From positions 1-64,000 of IMG/VR virus record IMGVR_UViG_3300009320_000008: 64,000 bases of DNA; one strand, given 5' to 3'. The notes below the pieces were generated by a model that had not been told where the DNA came from, did not search any database, and worked only from the letters and a program-made list of their open reading frames with translations. This stretch comes from a virus. The stretch's first letter is position 1. Every line of letters starts with the position of its first letter. This document shows positions 57,506 through 64,000 of the stretch, piece after piece. The position numbers and the translations under genes are program-made.

Positions 57506-59384
57506 ACGGACTATAGAGGCCCATGCTCCAAGGGTTTATGTTCCGGGAGATTATAGGGACGGGGCGGAGGGGATGATAGATTGGTGTAATACCCATGTCT
57601 GTGTTCCTATATATCCGATCAATGAGGATGGGAAAGCGTTGTATTCGGAATGGTGTTTGTTAGGGGAGTTGCCGGATACCTTACATCCTAAGACCAAAAA
57701 ATCATATAAACAGATGTGGGAGGCGCAGCAGGAGATACTCCGGGAAGCCTTACGAATGGAAGATGGAGAGTTCGTATACCGGTTGCTTATCTTCTGTTGG
57801 ATGCGTGGTGAAGGGAAGTCGTTATTAGCGGTCTTAATACAATTGTGGAAGTTTTTCAACTGGCCGCGTCAACAGATCATGCTTGGTGCTAACTCGAAAG
57901 ACCAGGTTAAGTTCGTTCACTTTGATATTATGAGGGATATTATCATCAACAGTCCCCGGTTGATGGAGATGGTCGGCCCTCGGGGGAATATACAGGAGAA
58001 GGAGATACGGCTGAAGGACGATTATGGGGACATTAAATCCCTGATTCGCAGTATCTCATCTTTTAGTGGTATCGTGTCTAATATTACGGGGTATACGTTC
58101 TCCGAGATATTTGACATGAAGAAACCGAAATTCTTTACTCAGCTTGATGGATCTATTCGTAACATTCCCAATGCCCTCGGTGTGATCGATTCTACGGTAT
58201 CATCCAAACTGCATGTTTTGTACCGGTTGTATGAAAACTTTACTTTAGGGAAGACCAAGGCGGTCTTCTTTTCATACCGGTGTTCGACTGATGCTGATTT
58301 ATTGGATTATTGGAATCCCAATATGACGGAAGATCAGTTGTCAGATTATCAGGTTAAGTTTCCCTTTGGGGAGTTCGAACGGTACTTCCAGAATTTGTGG
58401 AGTGCAGGTATCGACCAAGTGTTTTCATCGGAGATGATTGAGGAGATGGGGATACTTGGATGTGATGGAGGGATATTGAATCACTCTGATATTAGGGAGA
58501 CATTGGTTGAGAGGAATAAGCTTGTAGAGGTGTTGGGGGAATTGAAGGGAAGGGGACTCAATACCAAGTTTAGGCGAATACAGGATGCTACATTCCGAGT
58601 AGATGCATATAATGATCGGTTGAAGTCTGTCGAGAATCTTTACCATATAAGCGAATTCAATGCTCCGTGTGTTCCGGACTTCTTATCGTTTCAGAATTTG
58701 ACGGACGTGTTTGATACCCATTTTGCATTGATGGCTGGAGTTGACTTTGGGGATCCTTTTGCCCTTAACTCTCCTGCCAAGACGATACTGGTAGTCGTTG
58801 CCAAGGGACTACCGGGAAGTAGATCCTCCCCCTACCAATTTGTGGCAGGGCAGTCCGATCCTCGTTATCTATACCTGGTATTATATGTTACCGCTATTAA
58901 CAAGCACGATCATGGTCTTGTCAAACAGGAGCTGGATGTTATTCATACAGGGTTTGAAGGAGTGGACGTTCTTTGCTCGGAGCGTTACGGTGCTTGGGAT
59001 ATTCAAGGGTGGTGTGACGACCGGGGAATTGACTTCCAACCTATACATCCTACGTATGATAAACAGAAGGAAGCTTTCAAAGCGGTTCTTGAGCCTGTAA
59101 GGGATGGGAGATACAAATGCCCCCCAACGGGAGTTCCTGGAGTTAAAAAGAGAGATATCATTCAGGAAGAGTTCGCTATGTTCAATCATGACGATAACAA
59201 GAAGTGGTTTGGAAGCACTGAAAAGGGAGAGAACGCTGGAGTGCAGGATGACTTCATGTTTGCTAATGCGTGGTGTATATATGGTGGACGAAATCTGTCT
59301 GTGGCTGATTTCCGCATCAGACAAGGCATATTGAACTTCGGTACGTTTGTTCCTGGAACTGGCCTGTTAGGAAATTACGCTTAA
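57486..59384 (+). CDS. terL: Terminase large subunit
   Basis: W..Q adenine motif, RGEGKS Walker A, GANS..Q, GVDFG nuclease, QDD..FA. Confidence 0.85.
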   Translation: MELLLSKRTIEAHAPRVYVPGDYRDGAEGMIDWCNTHVCVPIYPINEDGKALYSEWCLLGELPDTLHPKTKKSYKQMWEAQQEILREALRMEDGEFVYRLLIFCWMRGEGKSLLAVLIQLWKFFNWPRQQIMLGANSKDQVKFVHFDIMRDIIINSPRLMEMVGPRGNIQEKEIRLKDDYGDIKSLIRSISSFSGIVSNITGYTFSEIFDMKKPKFFTQLDGSIRNIPNALGVIDSTVSSKLHVLYRLYENFTLGKTKAVFFSYRCSTDADLLDYWNPNMTEDQLSDYQVKFPFGEFERYFQNLWSAGIDQVFSSEMIEEMGILGCDGGILNHSDIRETLVERNKLVEVLGELKGRGLNTKFRRIQDATFRVDAYNDRLKSVENLYHISEFNAPCVPDFLSFQNLTDVFDTHFALMAGVDFGDPFALNSPAKTILVVVAKGLPGSRSSPYQFVAGQSDPRYLYLVLYVTAINKHDHGLVKQELDVIHTGFEGVDVLCSERYGAWDIQGWCDDRGIDFQPIHPTYDKQKEAFKAVLEPVRDGRYKCPPTGVPGVKKRDIIQEEFAMFNHDDNKKWFGSTEKGENAGVQDDFMFANAWCIYGGRNLSVADFRIRQGILNFGTFVPGTGLLGNYA

Positions 59385-59535
59385 AAATCATTTATTTATA
59401 TTGGTATGCGTAACTAAGTGTTACGGAGTGCTGATTAGGACTATTGACTTTTACCTTGAAGTGTGTTTTCCTGGAATCATATTTATTCTTTTGCGTGTTT
59501 TGGGATCATACGATATGTAGTATAAAGGGCTTTAA

Positions 59536-61143
59536 ATGGACGCTTTAAAAGATTTCGATAAAAACCTGAATATGCTGAAAGAGGTTCCTGCCGAAGTTCT
59601 CCAAAGAATTTCTTTTACTATGCCGTGGCAACATGACCCAAACACCGGTGATTACGTTGATCCCGATGGGTTTTCACCTGTTTGGGATATAAATAAAGAA
59701 GAATCCGCCGCTGTTCGTGATCTTTTACAGGCAACTTGCTGGAATAAATTCCAAAGAAACCCCCAAATCAATACAGCAGTCCGTGGAATGATGGGCAGAT
59801 TAACGGGATTTGGTTACGAATCCTCATCTGGGGAGTGGAAAGTCCAGCAAGCCATTGAGGAAATTGAGGAAGATCCTCGAAATCGCTTGTATACCTTCTG
59901 GCCCAAGTATGTTGGAAGGGCTTACGTAGAAGGTGAATTGTTCCTTCTTCTCACATTACACCTGGATGGGTTTGTTGAAGTGGACTTTATCGACCCAAGG
60001 CTTGTTAAGGGAGGGGGAACAGACGATACAGGAATTATCTTTCACTCTCGTAAACGAACTATGCCTTTATTCTATAACGTTGATTTTGATGGGAACGGGG
60101 AGTTTGAGCAGATTCCATCGATTTTCGTAGGCCGGTACCCTTCTCTTGTGGCTGATGCACAGGCCCAAAAGAGCTTTGAAGGGAGTTATGATCGGAAACG
60201 ACAGTCGGCAAGCCGGTCTTTAAAGCACAAATTCAGACCGTTGGGAGGCTACAGGCGTTTCATGGTATCTTGGGATATGGGACTCATAACTCGGAGATCT
60301 GTCTCTTACCTCAGGACGACAATCCAATGGCTCAATCATTATGAAAATCTTAAGCGGTATGAAATAGACCATAAAAAGTCGAGTGGAGCTTACGCATGGG
60401 TTTTTAGTTTTGAGGATGTGAAAGCTTTTCAAACTTGGTTATCCCTTACAGACGACCAAAGACGGAAAACAGGAATCGCTCAGAAGATGGTACCCGGTAG
60501 TAGACTTGTTCTTCCCCCTGGAATGACTGTCAAGGCCGAAAATCCCAATCTTACCTCCATTAAAGATCAAGATACGGATATTCTTCAGATGGTCATTAGC
60601 GGGCTGAACGAACCATCCGATGTTACTACCGGGAGCCCTTCTGGGCCATTCTCATCCGTTAAAGCGGCAAGGGGGCCGATGTCGGATAGAACATCCGATG
60701 AAATTTCCTATTTCGAGAATTTCCTCAGATTCGACTTTTGGGGGAGTATCTTCTTTCTGAAGAAAACAATTGGAACATTTCCTGAGTTCTTGAGAGTCAA
60801 AAAGGCTGTTGGGTGGGAAGAACAAGAACCCGTTTTTAAAAAGGTCCCACGCAGACCGGAGAAACTGATCGAATTTCAATTCCCGACTTCAGAGACAATC
60901 GATTCCGAAGGTAGGGCAAGGGCATTTCTTGGGGTTAAGCATGGTCCGATATCAGAAACGCTCGGAATTCCCAATAAGGAAGTGGCGAGAAGACTTGGTG
61001 TTGGTGGTTATGCTAAAGCTCGATTGGACAAAGCGACAGAGGATGATACGTATCCTGAACTTGTTTATACAGTTGATGCGGAGTCTTTGCAAGAAAGCAC
61101 GGAAGGTGAACCTTCTAAAAATGATAAGAAAGAGAACGAATAA
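59536..61143 (+). CDS. Portal protein
   Basis: 535 aa between terL and protease; VEGELF motif. Confidence 0.75.
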   Translation: MDALKDFDKNLNMLKEVPAEVLQRISFTMPWQHDPNTGDYVDPDGFSPVWDINKEESAAVRDLLQATCWNKFQRNPQINTAVRGMMGRLTGFGYESSSGEWKVQQAIEEIEEDPRNRLYTFWPKYVGRAYVEGELFLLLTLHLDGFVEVDFIDPRLVKGGGTDDTGIIFHSRKRTMPLFYNVDFDGNGEFEQIPSIFVGRYPSLVADAQAQKSFEGSYDRKRQSASRSLKHKFRPLGGYRRFMVSWDMGLITRRSVSYLRTTIQWLNHYENLKRYEIDHKKSSGAYAWVFSFEDVKAFQTWLSLTDDQRRKTGIAQKMVPGSRLVLPPGMTVKAENPNLTSIKDQDTDILQMVISGLNEPSDVTTGSPSGPFSSVKAARGPMSDRTSDEISYFENFLRFDFWGSIFFLKKTIGTFPEFLRVKKAVGWEEQEPVFKKVPRRPEKLIEFQFPTSETIDSEGRARAFLGVKHGPISETLGIPNKEVARRLGVGGYAKARLDKATEDDTYPELVYTVDAESLQESTEGEPSKNDKKENE

Positions 61144-61163
61144 TTTTAACGGAGGATAGGAGG

Positions 61164-62351
61164 ATGGCTAAAAAACTGGAGAAAGTCCCGAATGGTGCAT
61201 TAAGGCTTGTCGATGTTGGTTCTTCTGTTGCCTGTGCGTTTGCCGAAGACGGAGCCGATGGAAAAAAACTCCGTATGGTGGCGTATTCAGGGGGTATAAT
61301 CAAGGACCATTGGTGGTGGGATGATCTGGCAATCGATGTTTCCGGAGTGAAGTTTGATCGTGCTAAGTTCCCGGTTTTGGAACAGCATGATACACGGAAG
61401 AAGGTTGCGTTCTCCAAGAAACCCCTCAAAGAAAACAATCAGCTTGTTCTCAATCCAGATACGACTGTCTTTGTAGACACCCCTTTCAGTGAGGAGTTCC
61501 AAAAGCTGTCTCAACAGGGCTTTCCTTATCAGGCAAGTATTTATGCCATTCCAACAAAGGTTGAGCGTATTTCGGAGGGATCAAAAGCTGAAGTGAATGG
61601 TTTTACGATGAAGGGTCCGGCAACGATTTGGCGTGAATGTTTCTATCAGGAAGCATCTGTCTGTGTGTTCGGATGGGACAAGAAAACCGAGTCCCGGGCT
61701 TTTTCACGAGAGGAAAAGACCGAGCTTGAAATTGAGGAGCTTGGACTCAGCGTCGATGAGGACGTACAAGATGAATCTTCAACCCAGGAAGAGGAGGTGA
61801 ATTCGATGGATCTCAAAGAGTTTAAAGAGAAATTTGCGGATGTGGCGGAGGAATTCGCTATGGAAATCAGGCTTGCCGTTACCAAGGAAAAGGACAAAGA
61901 GTTCGACAAGGAGCGTGAGACCTTTAACTCCCAGTTGGGCGATATGTCCAAGCGGCTGGATGAAAGCGATGAGCGGATTGCCAAATTCGAAAAATCGGAA
62001 ACGATCCGGACCGAGAACGAACTCCGGGTGGAGGCCGACAAGATTTGGGATGTTGCATTGGCGAAATCCGAACTCCGGGAAAGCCTGTATCCCAAGGTCC
62101 GCAAGCATGTTTCTTACTCCAAATTCGTGAATGAAAACGTTTTGGACGTGGAGAAGTTTGCGGAGACCGTTGCTGGAGAGATTTCGGATTGGGAAGGCCG
62201 TACCAAATCTGAGGACGTGGTTCTTGGCACAGGAACCGGAGGCCGTTCCGCACTTGGTGCCGATGGGGCGGATGACGACAAGGAAAAACTCGCAAACAAG
62301 GAACGTACCAGTTCCCTGCTTGCCTTGGCGGGACACAAGGAGGACAAATAA
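61164..62351 (+). CDS. Prohead protease-scaffold
   Basis: VAYSGG, PVLEQHD, FPYQAS, EASVC..G.D. Confidence 0.8.
   Translation: MAKKLEKVPNGALRLVDVGSSVACAFAEDGADGKKLRMVAYSGGIIKDHWWWDDLAIDVSGVKFDRAKFPVLEQHDTRKKVAFSKKPLKENNQLVLNPDTTVFVDTPFSEEFQKLSQQGFPYQASIYAIPTKVERISEGSKAEVNGFTMKGPATIWRECFYQEASVCVFGWDKKTESRAFSREEKTELEIEELGLSVDEDVQDESSTQEEEVNSMDLKEFKEKFADVAEEFAMEIRLAVTKEKDKEFDKERETFNSQLGDMSKRLDESDERIAKFEKSETIRTENELRVEADKIWDVALAKSELRESLYPKVRKHVSYSKFVNENVLDVEKFAETVAGEISDWEGRTKSEDVVLGTGTGGRSALGADGADDDKEKLANKERTSSLLALAGHKEDK
61806..62351 (+). CDS. Nested in-frame scaffolding protein
   Basis: Internal GAGGAGGTGA RBS before in-frame ATG (MDLKEF); coiled-coil. Confidence 0.65.
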   Translation: MDLKEFKEKFADVAEEFAMEIRLAVTKEKDKEFDKERETFNSQLGDMSKRLDESDERIAKFEKSETIRTENELRVEADKIWDVALAKSELRESLYPKVRKHVSYSKFVNENVLDVEKFAETVAGEISDWEGRTKSEDVVLGTGTGGRSALGADGADDDKEKLANKERTSSLLALAGHKEDK

Positions 62352-62413
62352 TATAGGCAAATCGTTTGTTGCAATTGGAATTAATTTAAAACCATTTGAG
62401 GAGGTGAAAACTT

Positions 62414-63100
62414 ATGGATATTCCTGGAGTGATCATCGGACAACAGAAGGATTACAAGGAGATTTACGTCTATGGGGATGAGGGGGTCTTGAAGATTCCG
62501 AGCATTACCCTCCAGTTAGGCTACGGGTTAATCGAAGCGGGTTCAGCTTTGGCTAAAAATCTGTCGGCGGCTGGAAACCTGGCGAAACTCGTTCCTTACA
62601 ATCCGACAACCTTTACCGGCGGTGCCAGTGAAAACCATCCGGGACGTGCCTATCTGGTAGCGAATACCGGAGCAACGGCAACGACCTGTAATGTGACGCT
62701 GGATGATAGCTACAAGTTTGCGGTAGGGGATGATCTTATTATCAATGATAACGTCACCTCCGCGGAGAATCTTGGAGCCATCACCACAATCGACCGGACC
62801 ACGTATTCAAATTACGCGGTCATCACTTTCACCACAGCAATCGGCGGAACAGCCTTTACCACGGCGCGTTTCGGTCATGTATTTGTTGAAGCCGGAACTT
62901 CCGGTAACAACTATTCCGACTGTGTGGGTATTCTCGAAAAGACGGTTGATACCGGCACCGGCGTAAACGCCAAGGGAGCAGTTGCCACATTGGTGTGGGG
63001 GAACTGTGCGCTTTGGAATGGTATGCTCACGAATGTTGATGCGGCGGCACGGACTGACATTTCTGCCACCGTTTTCGGCCAACAGCTTATGATCAGGTAA
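62414..63100 (+). CDS. Head decoration protein
   Basis: Between scaffold and capsid; ITL..G..AGSAL..CVGIL pattern. Confidence 0.65.
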   Translation: MDIPGVIIGQQKDYKEIYVYGDEGVLKIPSITLQLGYGLIEAGSALAKNLSAAGNLAKLVPYNPTTFTGGASENHPGRAYLVANTGATATTCNVTLDDSYKFAVGDDLIINDNVTSAENLGAITTIDRTTYSNYAVITFTTAIGGTAFTTARFGHVFVEAGTSGNNYSDCVGILEKTVDTGTGVNAKGAVATLVWGNCALWNGMLTNVDAAARTDISATVFGQQLMIR

Positions 63101-63128
63101 GCACCCCAAGAGGGGAGGTGAAGTAGAT

Positions 63129-64000
63129 ATGAAGAAAAGCGAACTTATTAAAATGTTGGCCGAAATGGGTGTGGATGTAAATCAGTTTGCACGTGGAAGC
63201 GCAGACATCCCGGATCTGAAGTTGGAAGTCATTCAGGATTTTATGACTACCTTCATGAAGCCCCCGGAGTTGGTGCTTTCGAAACTGTTTCCTGTTTCCG
63301 ACTCTCCGTCCAGCACGATCAAGTGGGAATCTCAGCGTGGTGGTAGGGGAATGACTCCGTTTGTTGCCCCCGGCGCACCTGCCCCGGTAACTGCTCCGTT
63401 TGGGTTTGCGAAACACCGGGCGGAAGCGGCATACTGGAAGGAGAAGATGTATTTTGATGAGGAATTCCTCAACAATCTCCGCAAGCCCGGAACCGATTCC
63501 GTTTACGACGAGGCCCGCGAAAAGGTCGCAACCAACCTGGCGGCATTATCGGCTCGTTCCGACCGAAGGCTGGAGTGGATGTTCTCTCAGATGCTTTCCG
63601 GTGGTACCATCACCTATGAGGTACAGGGTGGTTACAAAATGACCTTGGACTATCAGATTCCGTCTGATCATATCGTCTCCTTGACGAGTGATTATTATTG
63701 GGATACGGGTTCAAGCCGAAACATCCTCAAGGACATTCAGGACGCCAAGATCAAGGTCAAAAAGGCGTGTGGGGCAGTTCCCAATTACGCCATTTTCAAT
63801 TCCCAGGTGCTGAAACATCTGGCAAACGACACCACGATCCGGCAGCTTCTTCAGAAGAATTATTTTGGAGATGGTCGCCTGTTCAATGGTACTGGAGGTT
63901 CTGCTTCTGGTATCCATGAACTGATCGGTGTCAATCCGTCCATTATTGGAGGGCTTCTGGACATCGAAAACTTTGTGGTCTTCGATGAAATGTATGAGAT
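63129..64000 (+). CDS. Major capsid protein, lambda gpE-like (truncated by the window end)
   Basis: Open frame to the end: LFP..MTPFV..RRLEWM..QML..G.I..DY.IP..W; RBS GGAGGTGA. Confidence 0.85.
   Translation, partial: MKKSELIKMLAEMGVDVNQFARGSADIPDLKLEVIQDFMTTFMKPPELVLSKLFPVSDSPSSTIKWESQRGGRGMTPFVAPGAPAPVTAPFGFAKHRAEAAYWKEKMYFDEEFLNNLRKPGTDSVYDEAREKVATNLAALSARSDRRLEWMFSQMLSGGTITYEVQGGYKMTLDYQIPSDHIVSLTSDYYWDTGSSRNILKDIQDAKIKVKKACGAVPNYAIFNSQVLKHLANDTTIRQLLQKNYFGDGRLFNGTGGSASGIHELIGVNPSIIGGLLDIENFVVFDEMYE

Noticed and set aside
1-64000. Stop-codon reassignment
   Set aside because: Core genes are intact under the standard code, and TAA, TAG and TGA all terminate genes.
1-64000. Integrase, reverse transcriptase or DGR
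   Set aside because: No such motifs or template/variable repeat pairs were seen in this window.

Overview
This is a 64-kb stretch of a tailed dsDNA bacteriophage genome; no host-type housekeeping genes are visible. Positions ~930-41600 (minus strand) hold the middle and replication region: two glycosyltransferases, a split SbcC/SbcD nuclease, resolvase, 5'-3' exonuclease, RecA, SSB, intein-containing DnaX, a UDG-fused family A DNA polymerase, a sliding clamp, DnaB, primase and an SF2 helicase. It also holds an expanded 7-deazaguanine DNA-modification cluster: DpdA-like transglycosylase, QueC, Gat-QueC, FolE, intein-containing QueE and QueD, plus extra radical SAM, SDR and HAD enzymes. Positions ~41700-53200 (minus) are an early/host-takeover array of small genes, most preceded by a shared leader (AACCCC..AAGGAGGTAAGA.ATG) and often by a long hairpin. 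Positions ~53200-56900 are largely non-coding: a structured RNA, a strand-skewed tract, a GGA/GGT-free island and an operator array. Positions 56900-64000 (plus) are terminase, portal, protease/scaffold, head decoration and a lambda gpE-like major capsid. The most striking observations are: (1) an apparent antisense-RNA system in which hairpin RNAs carry CUUACCUCC, complementary to the early-gene-specific ribosome-binding site; (2) a ~780-bp island with no GGA/GGT on either strand, probably tied to the guanine-modification system; (3) a DnaX intein whose endonuclease is overprinted in a second reading frame. All assignments come from motif recognition by eye; no database searches or folding programs were run.
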